Shown here piece by piece: positions 10,712-21,680 of a stretch of 64,000 bases of DNA. The position numbers were made by a program, and so were the translations under genes. Within the stretch, counting starts at the first letter, position 1. Each line of letters starts with the position of its first letter. The DNA comes from an uncultured SAR86 cluster bacterium (GTDB lineage Bacteria; Pseudomonadota; Gammaproteobacteria; Magnimaribacterales; D2472): contig CACJBC010000001.1 of assembly GCA_902591565.1 (NCBI GenBank), positions 34,717 through 98,716 on the forward strand. The letters run 5' to 3'. The notes below the pieces were generated by a model. The model did not search any database, was not told the DNA's origin, and saw nothing but the letters and a program-made list of their open reading frames with translations.

Positions 10712-12000
10712 GACAAGAAATCAATAATTGGTTTATATAGTTTGCTGCTGTCTTTGTTAGTCATTAGAAGAGCAGCATCATAATCCTTTATTATAGATTT
10801 TATTTTATCAATACACTTATCATGATTATCGCAAGAATTTTCATTTTTAATGTTTTTATTGTGATCAAGCCAAATAACTTCATCGAAAGCTTTTACTGAA
10901 TTAAAAATGGCATTTCCATGAAAACCAGAAGACATGGTGTTTGATCCGAGTTCTATGATTCCAAGTATTTTTTTTTCTTTAAATTCATTCCTTATAGCTT
11001 CTGCTGTATGTTTGATTGCAGTTGGATGATGTGCAAAATCGTCATAGATTTTTACACCCGAATGCTCTCCTTTATACTCCAATCTTCTTCGGACTCCATT
11101 AAAACTTTTTAAGGCTTCAATCGAATCATTTATTGATACGCCCGATGTTTTTGCTGCCATTATTGCAGAAACATAATTTTTAAAATTATGTTCTCCAATT
11201 AAAGGTAATGATTCTAATGAAAATTTAGCATTATCTATCTTAATTTCTTTAGATTTAAAATTAGTTTCTATATTTTTATCATTAATTTTTACAAGGTTTG
11301 ACCAGCACCCTTGATCAAGAACATCAATAATATTTTTATCATCATAGAAACACACGATGTTTCCAGAAGAAGGAATAATTTTTAAAAGATGATGAAATTG
11401 TTTTTTTATATCATCTAAATTAGTAAAAATATCAGCGTGATCAAACTCAATATTATTAATAACTAACGTATCTGGTGAATAATGAATAAATTTTGATCTT
11501 TTATCAAAAAAGGCTGAGTCATATTCATCAGCTTCAATAACAAATATCTCATCTCTTCCTAACGAAGCCGAACCTTTAATATCATTTGATACTCCACCAA
11601 CCAAATATCCAACTTCTTTACCTACAGACAAAAAAATATGAGTAAGCATATATGAGGTTGTTGTTTTACCATGTGTTCCTGACACAGCAAATACTTTCCT
11701 ATTTCCAAGAACTTCTCCCAACATTTCAGGCCCTGATTTAAATGGAAGGCGGTTGTTTAAAATATGTTCAACTGATTCATTGCCTCTTGATAATGCATTA
11801 CCTATGACATATAAATCTGCCTTTGGAAGCTGATCTAATGAATATCCCTCTATTAAATTAATTTTTAAATCATTGAGATGATCTGACATTGGTGGATAGA
11901 ATTGTATATCCGAACCTGAAACTTCATGTCCAGACTCTATGAGTAATTTCGCTAGACCTCCCATGAAGGTTCCACAGATGCCTAAGATATGTATCTTCAT
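10708..12000 (-). CDS. mpl: UDP-N-acetylmuramate:L-alanyl-gamma-D-glutamyl-meso-DAP ligase (murein peptide ligase)
   Basis: MKIHILGICGTFMGGLAKLL N-terminus and the GTHGKTTT P-loop; Mur ligase central and C-terminal domains. Its length (430 aa) and N-terminal signature fit Mpl rather than MurC. Confidence 0.85.
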   Translation of the reverse strand: MKIHILGICGTFMGGLAKLLIESGHEVSGSDIQFYPPMSDHLNDLKINLIEGYSLDQLPKADLYVIGNALSRGNESVEHILNNRLPFKSGPEMLGEVLGNRKVFAVSGTHGKTTTSYMLTHIFLSVGKEVGYLVGGVSNDIKGSASLGRDEIFVIEADEYDSAFFDKRSKFIHYSPDTLVINNIEFDHADIFTNLDDIKKQFHHLLKIIPSSGNIVCFYDDKNIIDVLDQGCWSNLVKINDKNIETNFKSKEIKIDNAKFSLESLPLIGEHNFKNYVSAIMAAKTSGVSINDSIEALKSFNGVRRRLEYKGEHSGVKIYDDFAHHPTAIKHTAEAIRNEFKEKKILGIIELGSNTMSSGFHGNAIFNSVKAFDEVIWLDHNKNIKNENSCDNHDKCIDKIKSIIKDYDAALLMTNKDSSKLYKPIIDFLS

Positions 12001-12054
12001 ATTAGTTATAATACTTGAACAAGTTTTATTACAACATATTTAGGAACATAAATA

Positions 12055-13308
12055 ATGAAAAAAAATGCTTTGTATGCTCAATCAGGAGGTGTGACTGCAG
12101 TCATTAATGCAACAGCAGGCGCATTAATCTTGGAAGCCAAAAAAAGTAATAAAATTGGAAAAGTTTTTGCTGCTAAAAATGGTATTCTGGGAGCTCTTAG
12201 AGAAGACCTTATTGACACATCAAAAGAATCAAAAAATTCTCTTTTATCTCTTAGATATAGGCCAGGTGGTATCTTTGGTTCTTGCAGATTTAAATTAAAG
12301 GATATTGATGCTAGTGAGAAAGAATATAAAAGACTTATTGAAGTTTTTAAGGCTCATAACATTGGATATTTTTTTTATAATGGTGGAAATGATTCTGCCG
12401 ATACTGCATTTAAAGTTTCTCAGATAAGTAAGAAACTTAATTATCCAATTCAATGCATTGCTATACCTAAAACAGTTGATAATGATCTAGTCTTAACTGA
12501 CTCTTGTCCTGGCTTTGGTTCAGCAGCAAAGTATATTGCTACGTCAATACTTGAAGCATCACTAGATGTTCAATCAATGTCAGAAACCTCAACAAAAGTT
12601 TTTATTCTTGAGGTTATGGGTAGGCATGCTGGATGGATGGCAGCATCTTCGGCTCTTGCTAGAACAAAAAAAGATGACGCACCTCATATCATTCTCTTAC
12701 CCGAAATAATTTTTGATGAAAAAAAATTTTTATTAGAAGTTAAAAACATTATTAAGAAGAAGGGTTTTTGTGTAATTGTTGTCTCTGAGGGTGTTAAAAA
12801 TAATAAAGGTAAATTTTTATCAGAATCAAATACCAAAGACGCATTTGGTCACGCTCAGCTTGGAGGAATAGCACCATATATTGCTGATCTTATAAATAAA
12901 AAACTTAAAATTAAAAATCATTGGGCTGTTGCAGACTATCTTCAAAGAAGTGCAAGCCATATTGCATCAAGAGTCGATCTTGATCATGCTGAAGCTGTTG
13001 GTTCACATGCAATTAAATTTGCATTATCTGGAATGAATGGAGTTATGCCAATAATTATTAGAAGTAAAACAAAAAAATATAATTGGAAAATAGAGGCTGC
13101 GCCATTATCTAAAATAGCAAACCTTGAAAAAAAATTACCAACTAACTTTATTTCGTCAAATAAAATGAATGTAACTAATAAAGCAATAGACTACCTTAGG
13201 CCTTTAATACAAGGAGAAACTGCAACACCATATAAGAATGGAATTCCAGTTTTAAAAGACTTTAATCTTGTAAAAGTTAAAAAGAAATTATCTAAATGGG
13301 AAATTTAA
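12055..13308 (+). CDS. pfp: 6-phosphofructokinase family, PPi-dependent type predicted
   Basis: PFK fold (YAQSGGVTAVINA, MGRHAGW). GGNDS and PKTVDND place Asp and Lys at the positions that are Gly104/Gly124 in ATP-dependent E. coli PfkA. That pattern is the PPi-type signature. Confidence 0.65.
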   Translation: MKKNALYAQSGGVTAVINATAGALILEAKKSNKIGKVFAAKNGILGALREDLIDTSKESKNSLLSLRYRPGGIFGSCRFKLKDIDASEKEYKRLIEVFKAHNIGYFFYNGGNDSADTAFKVSQISKKLNYPIQCIAIPKTVDNDLVLTDSCPGFGSAAKYIATSILEASLDVQSMSETSTKVFILEVMGRHAGWMAASSALARTKKDDAPHIILLPEIIFDEKKFLLEVKNIIKKKGFCVIVVSEGVKNNKGKFLSESNTKDAFGHAQLGGIAPYIADLINKKLKIKNHWAVADYLQRSASHIASRVDLDHAEAVGSHAIKFALSGMNGVMPIIIRSKTKKYNWKIEAAPLSKIANLEKKLPTNFISSNKMNVTNKAIDYLRPLIQGETATPYKNGIPVLKDFNLVKVKKKLSKWEI

Positions 13309-13787
13309 TTCAAATCATTCAGCATATCAATAATCTTTGAAATTTCTTCTCTTAAAGTTTTTTTATCTTTTTCATTAAGAAAAGTTCCTACTTCTACATC
13401 TTTACCTTTCGAACGAAAGCTTAATTTGAGAACTTTGTTAATGTCTTTAGTTACATTAAATGATGTAAAAGTTCTAAATTCCTCCCAACGATATTCAGCT
13501 TTGTGAATACCCTTTTCAACAAGAACTTTATCTTTTGATAAGAATATTTTTTCTCTTTTACTACTCCATCTAAAATTTAAATAAAAAGCAAAAAGCAAAA
13601 TAGATATTTCTAAACCAGCAAAAGGTAAAACTAGGGTTGCGCCCACAAAATAAAATACGGTTGCAATTCCTAAACATACCAATGCAATACTTAAAATAAA
13701 AATTGGCCTTGCATAACCAGTTAAAGAACTATTTGGTTTTATATTTATTACAAATGAATCCGAGCTAACTTTTTGAACAGAAATCAC
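13305..13787 (-). CDS. Hypothetical membrane protein (two TM helices plus cytoplasmic domain; DUF2244-like)
   Basis: 160 aa with two adjacent hydrophobic helices. No catalytic motifs were recognised. Confidence 0.3.
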   Translation of the reverse strand: MISVQKVSSDSFVINIKPNSSLTGYARPIFILSIALVCLGIATVFYFVGATLVLPFAGLEISILLFAFYLNFRWSSKREKIFLSKDKVLVEKGIHKAEYRWEEFRTFTSFNVTKDINKVLKLSFRSKGKDVEVGTFLNEKDKKTLREEISKIIDMLNDLN

Positions 13788-13814
13788 GAAAGAAGAAGCC
13801 TTATTTAGAAACCA

Positions 13815-16073
13815 TTAATTGTTTTTAATTGAAACATTTTCAACCTCTTCAATAATTCTATCAACTTTTCGATAGCCTTGAGGAAGCATGTTTCCACGTT
13901 TTGCCCTTGATGATATGTAATTTTCTAGATCTTTAAGCTTTAGTGTTAAAAATCTCTTACCACTATCTATTCTTAATGAGCTGGCCAATGCAATTAATTG
14001 CGCATGTGCCATAAATTCTTCTTTAGCTAAAAATTTAGGTGTTGGTATATTAATTATTTTATTGCCTTTACCTTTTGGTAGAGTTGGTAATTCATCTATT
14101 TTAAATATTAATAATCTACCAATATTTGAAATAGCAGCAATATAAACGTGATCATCTCTGACTCTTACCGCTTTCAGTAACTGAGCTTCATTTGGAAGTT
14201 TCATAAAGGCTCTTCCAGATTTTTTGTTTGAAATCATATTTTTAAATTCTGAAATATAACCATATCCAGCAGTATTCATAATCAAATATTTATCATCATC
14301 CTCACCAATTAAAGTTGATATGAATTTAACTCCTGAATCTGCTGTAACTCTGCCTGATATGGGATCACCCATCCCTCTTGCCGATGGAAGTGAATGACTT
14401 GGAAGAGAGTATGCTTTTCCATTTGAATCAAGAAAGACTGCAAGCTGATTGCTTTTACCACGACAAAAATCTTGAAGTTTGTCTTCGCCTCGATACGATA
14501 ACGACCTAGGATCAATTTCGTGGCCTTTAGCACTCCTTATCCATCCTGCTTCAGATAAAATAACTGTTATAGGCTCAGTAACAAGCGTTTCTTCTTCAGA
14601 AAAAACTTTTGCCTCAGTTGAGGCTTTAATTGGAGATTTTCTTTCATCACCAAATTCATTTTTTATTTCGATCAATTCTTTCTTAATTAATGTTTTAAGT
14701 CTAGCTTGAGACTTTAATATCTTTTCAATATCGCCTCGTTCTTCTTCCAATGAGTTTCTTTCTTGCTCAAGTTTAATTTGCTCAAGTTTTGCCAGCTGTC
14801 GCAATCTTATTTCAAGAATTGCATTAGCTTGTATATCTGATAATTTAAAGGCTTTTATAATTTCTTTTTTAGGCTCATCTGATTCTCTTATAATTTTTAT
14901 AGCCTTATCAAGATCTAAATAAACAATTAACAGTCCTTCAAGAATATGGAGCCTATCATTCAATTGATCTAGCCTGTGCTCTAATTTTCTTTTAACTGTA
15001 TTTTTTCTGAAAACAAGCCATTCTTTTAATAGCTCAATTAATGAGAAGACTTTTGGTCCACCTTTTAAAGAGATTAGGTTCATATTAGCTCTATAATTTT
15101 TTTGAAGATCTGTTGATGCAAATAAATGATTCATAACATCTTCCGCATTAACCCTATTTGATTTTAATGTTATAACCAAACGAACAGGTTCTTCATGATC
15201 ACCTTCATCGGCTAGATCAACAACCATAGGTATTTTCTTTTTTAACATTTGATCTGCTATTTGCTCAAGAATTTTTGAACCCGATGCCTGGTATGGCAGA
15301 GCGTCAATAATAATTTCGTTTTTATTCTGGATCCAATGAGCTTGAGCCTTAAACCCACCTTTACCAGTTGAATAAATTTCTTCAAGCTCATCATCACTAA
15401 TTATTACTGGAGCTTTATTCGAAAAATCTGGTCCTTTTATTATTTTTAGAAGTTCTTTTAATTCGGCTTTTGGGTTTTCTAAAACATATATAGTAGCGTC
15501 TATTACTTCATTAATATTATGTGACGGAATATCTGTTGCCATACCAACAGCAATACCAGAAGTGCCATTCAATAAAATAGAAGGTAATTTAGCAGGAAAA
15601 ATAATTGGCTCTAAGAGAGAACCATCAAAATTTGGCTGCCAATCAACGGTGCCCGATTTCAGTTCAGAAATTAGTAAATTTGCAAATTTAGTTAACTTTG
15701 ATTCCGTATACCTCATCGCAGCAAATGACTTGGGGTCGTCTTGTGAGCCCCAATTACCTTGCCCATCTACAAGAGGGTATTTAAACGAAAAGTTCTGAGC
15801 CATAAGAACCATAGCTTCATATGCAGCACTATCTCCATGTGGATGAAATTTTCCAATAACATCTCCAACGGTTCTTGCAGACTTTTTATATTTAGACCCT
15901 GCATCCAGTCCTAATTCAGACATAGCATATAAGATTCTTCTTTGAACTGGCTTTAAACCATCGCCAATATTAGGCAGAGCTCTGTCTAAAATCACATACA
16001 TTGCATAATTTAAATAAGAATCTTCAGCATATTGCTTTAAGCTAATAGAGTTTATTTTTGATTGTTCTTTCAT
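13815..16073 (-). CDS. parC: DNA topoisomerase IV subunit A
   Basis: GyrA/ParC family ([12 protein letters not shown], active-site AAMRYTE). It is 752 aa, as E. coli ParC is, and lies directly downstream of parE. Confidence 0.9.
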   Translation of the reverse strand: MKEQSKINSISLKQYAEDSYLNYAMYVILDRALPNIGDGLKPVQRRILYAMSELGLDAGSKYKKSARTVGDVIGKFHPHGDSAAYEAMVLMAQNFSFKYPLVDGQGNWGSQDDPKSFAAMRYTESKLTKFANLLISELKSGTVDWQPNFDGSLLEPIIFPAKLPSILLNGTSGIAVGMATDIPSHNINEVIDATIYVLENPKAELKELLKIIKGPDFSNKAPVIISDDELEEIYSTGKGGFKAQAHWIQNKNEIIIDALPYQASGSKILEQIADQMLKKKIPMVVDLADEGDHEEPVRLVITLKSNRVNAEDVMNHLFASTDLQKNYRANMNLISLKGGPKVFSLIELLKEWLVFRKNTVKRKLEHRLDQLNDRLHILEGLLIVYLDLDKAIKIIRESDEPKKEIIKAFKLSDIQANAILEIRLRQLAKLEQIKLEQERNSLEEERGDIEKILKSQARLKTLIKKELIEIKNEFGDERKSPIKASTEAKVFSEEETLVTEPITVILSEAGWIRSAKGHEIDPRSLSYRGEDKLQDFCRGKSNQLAVFLDSNGKAYSLPSHSLPSARGMGDPISGRVTADSGVKFISTLIGEDDDKYLIMNTAGYGYISEFKNMISNKKSGRAFMKLPNEAQLLKAVRVRDDHVYIAAISNIGRLLIFKIDELPTLPKGKGNKIINIPTPKFLAKEEFMAHAQLIALASSLRIDSGKRFLTLKLKDLENYISSRAKRGNMLPQGYRKVDRIIEEVENVSIKNN

Positions 16074-16075
16074 AA

Positions 16076-17971
16076 TTATATTTTTGCTAATGAACCTTTT
16101 TTCTCAAGCCACTCTTTCCTAGCAGCTGCATTTTTCTTTGATAAAAGAAGATCCATCATTGAGTTAGCATTATCACTTGGGCTTATTGATAGTTTTACAA
16201 GCTGTCTCGTAGAAGGGTCCATAACTGTTTCTCTTAGCTGAGATGGATTCATTTCTCCCAAACCTTTAAATCTTTGAATATTTATTTTTGGTTTACCTTT
16301 TTTACTTTTAAAATTTTTAACTATCTCTTCTCTTTGGGAGTCATCAAGCGCATATAAAACCTCTTTTCCACAATCGATTCTATACAAAGGGGGCATTGAT
16401 ATGAAGATACGGCCTTCCTGAACCAAGAGCTTGTAATGTCTCAAAAATAAAGCACACAGTAGCGTTGCTATATGTAATCCATCTGAGTCGGCGTCTGCCA
16501 GAATACAAATCTTCCCATATCTCAGAGACGATAGATCATTGTTACCTGGAAGAACGCCAATAGCAGTAGAAAGATTTTTTATTTCTTGAGATTTTATAAT
16601 TTCTGTACTCTCTAAATCCCATGTATTTAATATTTTCCCTCTCAGTGGCATTATTGCTTGAAATGATCTTTCTCTTGCCTGCTTCGCTGAACCTCCAGCA
16701 GAATCTCCTTCAACAAGAAATAACTCGGTTTCATTTAAGTCTTGGCTATTACAATCTGACAACTTACCTGGTAAAGCTGGACCTTTAAAAGTTTTCTTTC
16801 GTTCAACAATTTTTGATACTTTTGCTCTAGCCTGTGCAGACATGATTGCAAGTTCTGCAATTTTTTCACCTTCTTCAGTGTGAGTATTAAGCCATATACT
16901 TAAGGCATCCTTGGTTGTACTAGAAACAAATGACATATGATCTTTTGAATCCAATCTTTCTTTGGTTTGTCCAGCAAATTGAGGATTTTGTAATTTTGAA
17001 GAAACTATAAAAATAGCATTATTAATTATGTCATCTGCATTAATTTTTAAACCTTTAGGTAACAAGTTTCTGTAGTCACAAAACTCTTTTAATGAATCAA
17101 GTAATCCAGATTTAAAACCGTTAAGATGTGAGCCGCCTTGTGCTGTTGGAATTAAATTAACATAGGTTTCATCTAATTTGTTTTTTGGTGGTCGAAGTGA
17201 CCAATTAATAGCAAATTCAAGCCCTTGGGTACTTCCTGCCTTTGAGCATAAAATTGAATCAGCGAGAATAAGTTCTGATCCTTCTGAAGAGTCTATGAGA
17301 TAACTTTTAAGGCCATCTTCAAAAAACCATTTTTCTTTATCATTTGATTTTTTTTCATTTACAAATTCAATTGTTAAACCTGGACATAAAACTGCTTTTG
17401 CTTTTAATAAGTGTTTTAGTGACTTAACTTGGACATTTAAATCTTCAAAATATTCTGAATTAGGCTGGAAGGTTATTGATGTACCGGTATTTCTAACGCC
17501 GACCTCTCCAATTTCTTTAAGTTCGCTAATTTTTTCTCCATTGTTAAATGATATTTGATATTCTTTTGATTCTCTTTTTACTCTTACATCCAAGGTCTCC
17601 GAAAGAGCATTTACCACAGAAACGCCAACACCATGAAGACCTCCAGAAAAATTGTAGTCATCTCCTGAAAATTTTGCCCCTGCATGAAGTTTGCATAATA
17701 TTAATTCAACACCAGTAACTTTGTGTTCAGGATGAATATCAACAGGCATACCTCTACCATTGTCAGAAACGTTGATACAACCATCTTTTAATAAAGAAAT
17801 TTTAATGTTCGAACAATGACCAGACAAAGCCTCGTCAACTGAATTATCGAGCACTTCTTGTATAAGATGATTTGGATTAGATGTATCCGTGTACATCCCA
17901 GGTCTTTTTTTAACAGGGTCTAAACCTGATAAAACCTCGATTGCTTTCGCATCATACGAATTTTTTGCCAA
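16076..17971 (-). CDS. parE: DNA topoisomerase IV subunit B
   Basis: GHKL ATPase ([11 protein letters not shown]-like block [12 protein letters not shown]; GGLHGVG) and Toprim domain ([12 protein letters not shown]). Its ~630 aa length fits ParE rather than GyrB. Confidence 0.9.
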   Translation of the reverse strand: MAKNSYDAKAIEVLSGLDPVKKRPGMYTDTSNPNHLIQEVLDNSVDEALSGHCSNIKISLLKDGCINVSDNGRGMPVDIHPEHKVTGVELILCKLHAGAKFSGDDYNFSGGLHGVGVSVVNALSETLDVRVKRESKEYQISFNNGEKISELKEIGEVGVRNTGTSITFQPNSEYFEDLNVQVKSLKHLLKAKAVLCPGLTIEFVNEKKSNDKEKWFFEDGLKSYLIDSSEGSELILADSILCSKAGSTQGLEFAINWSLRPPKNKLDETYVNLIPTAQGGSHLNGFKSGLLDSLKEFCDYRNLLPKGLKINADDIINNAIFIVSSKLQNPQFAGQTKERLDSKDHMSFVSSTTKDALSIWLNTHTEEGEKIAELAIMSAQARAKVSKIVERKKTFKGPALPGKLSDCNSQDLNETELFLVEGDSAGGSAKQARERSFQAIMPLRGKILNTWDLESTEIIKSQEIKNLSTAIGVLPGNNDLSSLRYGKICILADADSDGLHIATLLCALFLRHYKLLVQEGRIFISMPPLYRIDCGKEVLYALDDSQREEIVKNFKSKKGKPKINIQRFKGLGEMNPSQLRETVMDPSTRQLVKLSISPSDNANSMMDLLLSKKNAAARKEWLEKKGSLAKI

Positions 17972-18056
17972 TTTTAAGATGCCTTACTGATAATTGAACT
18001 AATGGTAAATATTTTACTCTAAGAAATATTAAAAAAATTATAAAAGTCCAAAAAAT

Positions 18057-18085
18057 TATAAATGTTTACACTGTAAACATTTATA
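18057..18085. promoter_or_regulatory. Perfect 29-bp palindrome (14-bp arms, 1-nt centre) 18 nt upstream of the tolC start codon
   Basis: TATAAATGTTTACA-C-TGTAAACATTTATA. Every arm position was checked by hand and pairs perfectly. It lies in the parE/tolC divergent intergenic region. Confidence 0.5.
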
Positions 18086-18103
18086 TTGGGTTAGAATAGC
18101 ATT

Positions 18104-19435
18104 ATGAAAAAAATACTAAAATCATCATTAATATTATTTTTTATAGTTGCTGATCTTAATGCTGAGAATTTACTAGATATTTACAACGAAGCGCTTAAAA
18201 ATGATCCAACATATAAAGCAGCTGAATATTCCTATCTTTCTGATAAAGAGTTAGTTGTTCAAGGTAGAGCTGCTCTTCTGCCTAGTTTGACTCTAAGTGG
18301 TTCTACTAATTGGAATGAATACTATCAAGATAAACAGTTACAACAAGAATATAATTCTTTTTCTAGCTCAGCGAGATTTTCACAACCACTCTTTAGGCTT
18401 GATTCCTGGTTTCAATATAAGCAATCCAAATCATTATCAAATGCTGCTGAGGCTGACTTTGCATATGAACAACAAAACTTAATAGTTAGAACATCAGAGC
18501 TTTATTTTGGTGTTTTAAGAGAGATAGACAACTTAAATGCAGCTTTATCAGAAGAAAAAGCAATAAAAAAACAACTAGATCAGGCACAACAAAGATATGA
18601 AGTTGGTCTTTCGGCAATTACTGGTGTTCAAGAGGCTCAGCTGTCATTTGATATTAGTAAGGCTGCAAGGATAAATGCTGAGGGTCGTCTTTTTGCAGCT
18701 AGGGAAGCTTTAAATGCTTTAATTGGTAGAGAAATATTTAGTTTAAATGAACTTGGAGATAGTCTACTAATAGAGGAGCCTAAACCATCATCTAAAGAGC
18801 AATGGGTAGATTTGGCTCTTAAAAATAATTACCAACTTAAGGCTGCCATTCTAAGAAAAAGTGCAGCAAAAAATAGTGCTCGCAGTGCTGCTTCTAATCA
18901 TTTACCAAAAATAGACATTGTTGGAACACAATCTGAATCTGAAACAAATCAATTCAACTATGAGGGCATCAACGTAAATGGTCAAGGTATACCAGTGCCT
19001 GAGATAACCGGTAGAAAAAATTATGTTATTCAATTTAGCATGCCTATTTTTCAAAGTGGTGCCGTCACCTCCAAAAGAAAACAAGCATATGCTCAATATG
19101 AAAAAACAAATGAAAATACTTTATTTGCTCAAAGAAAAATAATACAAGAAGTTAGATCTGGTTATTCAAATGTAGTAACTCTTGTAGCAAATGTGACCGC
19201 GCAAAAACAAGCAGTTATCTCTGCTACAAGTGCTTTAGAGGCTACTCAAGTTGGGTATAAGGTTGGAACAAGAAATATTGTTGACCTTCTTCAGGCTGAA
19301 AAAAATCTTTATAGTGCTGAAAAAAATCTGGCTAATGCAAAATATGATTATATTATTGCTAAATTAAAACTTAGTCTTGCAGCTGGAACTATTACACCAG
19401 GTGATCTAGTAAATATTAATAGCCTATTAGAATAG
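18104..19435 (+). CDS. tolC: Outer-membrane efflux channel TolC
   Basis: Signal peptide, N-terminal LLDIYNEALKNDPTYKAA motif, and the duplicated OEP repeat architecture. The adjacency to parE is as in E. coli. Confidence 0.85.
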   Translation: MKKILKSSLILFFIVADLNAENLLDIYNEALKNDPTYKAAEYSYLSDKELVVQGRAALLPSLTLSGSTNWNEYYQDKQLQQEYNSFSSSARFSQPLFRLDSWFQYKQSKSLSNAAEADFAYEQQNLIVRTSELYFGVLREIDNLNAALSEEKAIKKQLDQAQQRYEVGLSAITGVQEAQLSFDISKAARINAEGRLFAAREALNALIGREIFSLNELGDSLLIEEPKPSSKEQWVDLALKNNYQLKAAILRKSAAKNSARSAASNHLPKIDIVGTQSESETNQFNYEGINVNGQGIPVPEITGRKNYVIQFSMPIFQSGAVTSKRKQAYAQYEKTNENTLFAQRKIIQEVRSGYSNVVTLVANVTAQKQAVISATSALEATQVGYKVGTRNIVDLLQAEKNLYSAEKNLANAKYDYIIAKLKLSLAAGTITPGDLVNINSLLE

Positions 19436-19438
19436 CTC

Positions 19439-20248
19439 ATGCCTGAACTTCCAGAGGTTGAAACAACCTTAAGAGCTATTAAAAAATTTCAAAGGCAGCA
19501 GTTAATTGAAATAAAGGTAAATAATAGGAATCTTCGATGGAAAGTAGCTAAAAGTATTGAAATTGATACAAAAAATCAAAGAATACTCAATCTTAAAAGA
19601 AGAGCTAAATATATTATTTTTGAATTAGAGAGCTTATCTTTATTGTTGCATCTTGGTATGTCAGGAAGTTTAAGAATTGCCAAAAGAGATGAAAATTATT
19701 TTTTAAAACACGATCACATAGAGTTCATCTTTGAGAATGAGAAAATTATTTATAATGATCCGAGAAGATTTGGTTCTTTACATATTACCAGAGACATTAA
19801 TAACCATAATTTAATCCGTTTTCTTGGACCTGAGCCATTATCTAAATCTTTTAATAACAAGTATCTATTTAATTTGTGTACAAATTCAAAAACAAATATA
19901 AAAACACTTTTGATGAATCAAAAGAATGTTGTTGGAATTGGAAATATCTATGCTTCAGAAGCTTTATTCTTGTCAAAAATTAATCCAGTTAAACAATCAA
20001 ATAAGTTAACTATTGAAGAGTGTAAGCGGCTTACAGCCTCATCAAAAAAAATTCTTAATTCTGCTATAAAGTGCGGAGGAACTACACTCAAGGATTTTTA
20101 TTCAGCTGACGGAAATGCAGGATATTTTAAAATAAAACTTAATGTATACGGAAGAGAAGGATTAGATTGTAGTAAATGTAATTCAAAAATTAAAAAAGTT
20201 ACAGTAAATAACCGTGCCACTTTTTATTGTTCGCAATGTCAAAGCTAA
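19439..20248 (+). CDS. mutM: Formamidopyrimidine-DNA glycosylase
   Basis: MPELPEVET N-terminus, H2TH region, and a C-terminal zinc finger CSKC...CSQC. Confidence 0.9.
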   Translation: MPELPEVETTLRAIKKFQRQQLIEIKVNNRNLRWKVAKSIEIDTKNQRILNLKRRAKYIIFELESLSLLLHLGMSGSLRIAKRDENYFLKHDHIEFIFENEKIIYNDPRRFGSLHITRDINNHNLIRFLGPEPLSKSFNNKYLFNLCTNSKTNIKTLLMNQKNVVGIGNIYASEALFLSKINPVKQSNKLTIEECKRLTASSKKILNSAIKCGGTTLKDFYSADGNAGYFKIKLNVYGREGLDCSKCNSKIKKVTVNNRATFYCSQCQS

Positions 20249-20727
20249 GTTTGTAATTTTGCTTTTAAAGCTTTTTCAACAACAGGATGAACAAACTTTG
20301 AAATATCACCTTTAAGATCAGATATCTCTTTTATCAAACTAGATGAAACATATATTAACGTTTCTTTCGGAGTTAAAAAAATACTTTCTATGTCAGGAGC
20401 AAGAGATCTATTCATGGTTGCTAATTGAAACTCATATTCAAAATCAGATACTGCCCTTAAGCCTCTAATAATTGCACAAGCATTATAATCCTTCGCTAAA
20501 TCAACTGTTAGCTTTCTTGGAAAACCTACAACCTCAACTTTATCATTGCCTTCATAAATTGATTTAGCTAAATTAATTCTATCTTCTAGAGTAAACATTG
20601 GGTTTTTAGCTTCACTTTTTGCAATAGCTACAACAACTTTATCGAAAAGGCCACACCCCCTTTCAATAATATCCATATGACCATATGTGATTGGATCAAA
20701 TGAACCAGGATAAATAGCAACTCTCAT
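20245..20727 (-). CDS. coaD: Phosphopantetheine adenylyltransferase
   Basis: YPGSFDPITYGHMDII nucleotidyltransferase motif; 160 aa. Confidence 0.9.
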   Translation of the reverse strand: MRVAIYPGSFDPITYGHMDIIERGCGLFDKVVVAIAKSEAKNPMFTLEDRINLAKSIYEGNDKVEVVGFPRKLTVDLAKDYNACAIIRGLRAVSDFEYEFQLATMNRSLAPDIESIFLTPKETLIYVSSSLIKEISDLKGDISKFVHPVVEKALKAKLQT

Positions 20728-20825
20728 TGTTAAATGATACTAAACAACAGCTTTTAAGCAACCACAATTAATAATACTAATATGAGGAAAATTGCAAGAA
20801 ACACAAAAAATAAAGTATTTCATAT

Positions 20826-20854
20826 TTGATACTAATGAATTTTTTATATATCAT
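20826..20854 (+). promoter_or_regulatory. Candidate sigma-70 promoter for proteorhodopsin (TTGATA-N17-TATCAT)
   Basis: Hexamers and 17-nt spacing were counted by hand. It is ~60 nt upstream of the ATG, and AGGAG lies just before the start. AT-rich DNA yields many chance matches. Confidence 0.3.
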
Positions 20855-20913
20855 CATAGGTTCATACTAACGGGGGAGTAATATTTTTACTCAAAAATAA
20901 ATAGGAGTTTAAT

Positions 20914-21660
20914 ATGAAATATTTATTAATCTTAGGTAGTGTTATTGCGCTTCCTTCTTTTGCTGCTAGTGGTGGCGACCTAGATGCTAGTGACTATACT
21001 GGTGTATCTTTTTGGTTGGTTACAGCAGCACTTTTAGCTTCAACTGTATTCTTTTTCATTGAAAGAGATAGAGTTTCAGCTAAATGGAAGACTTCATTAA
21101 CAGTATCTGGTCTTGTAACTGGTATAGCTTTTTGGCATTACCTTTATATGAGAGGTGTATGGGTAGAGACTGGTGAAACACCAACTGTATTTAGATACAT
21201 CGACTGGCTACTAACAGTACCTTTATTAATAGTTGAATTCTACTTAATTCTTGCAGCTGCTACCAATGTTGCTGGTTCTTTATTTAAGAAACTGCTTCTT
21301 GGTTCAATAGTAATGCTTGTTGCAGGGTATTTAGGTGAAGCAGGCGTATGGCCAGCTATGCCAGCATTCTTACTTGGAATGGCGGCTTGGATTTATATGA
21401 TTTATGAACTTTGGATGGGTGAAGGTAAAGCAGCCTGCAATACTGCAAGCCCAGCAGTTCAATCAGCATATAATGCAATGATGAAGATTATCATTGTTGG
21501 TTGGGCTATTTATCCTTTAGGATATGCTTCTGGCTATCTTATAGGAGATGGATCATCAGCTATGAACCTAAACTTAATATATAATCTTGCTGACTTTGTT
21601 AACAAGATTCTATTTGGTTTAATTATCTGGCATGTTGCCGTTAAAGAATCTAGTGCATAA
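20914..21660 (+). CDS. Proteorhodopsin, green-absorbing type (light-driven proton pump)
   Basis: Hand-numbered residues are H75, D97 (acceptor), L105 (tuning), E108 (donor), D227 and K231 (Schiff base, NKILFGL), plus a signal peptide. From memory, the sequence is near-identical to the archetypal SAR86 proteorhodopsin. Confidence 0.95.
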   Translation: MKYLLILGSVIALPSFAASGGDLDASDYTGVSFWLVTAALLASTVFFFIERDRVSAKWKTSLTVSGLVTGIAFWHYLYMRGVWVETGETPTVFRYIDWLLTVPLLIVEFYLILAAATNVAGSLFKKLLLGSIVMLVAGYLGEAGVWPAMPAFLLGMAAWIYMIYELWMGEGKAACNTASPAVQSAYNAMMKIIIVGWAIYPLGYASGYLIGDGSSAMNLNLIYNLADFVNKILFGLIIWHVAVKESSA

Positions 21661-21680
21661 GTAATAGATACTTAAAAAGT

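Noticed and set aside
18057-18085. The tolC palindrome considered as a LexA, CRP, Fur or TyrR box.
   Set aside because: It lacks CTGT-N8-ACAG (LexA) and TGTGA-N6-TCACA (CRP). It contains TTTACA-N1-TGTAAA, which is the reverse arrangement and wrong spacing for a TyrR box (TGTAAA-N6-TTTACA), and it does not resemble the Fur 19-mer. It is kept only as an unassigned palindrome.
20733-20840. A short direct repeat, GATACTAA, occurring twice upstream of proteorhodopsin.
   Set aside because: An 8-nt match in AT-rich DNA is expected by chance, and there is no supporting symmetry or conservation information.
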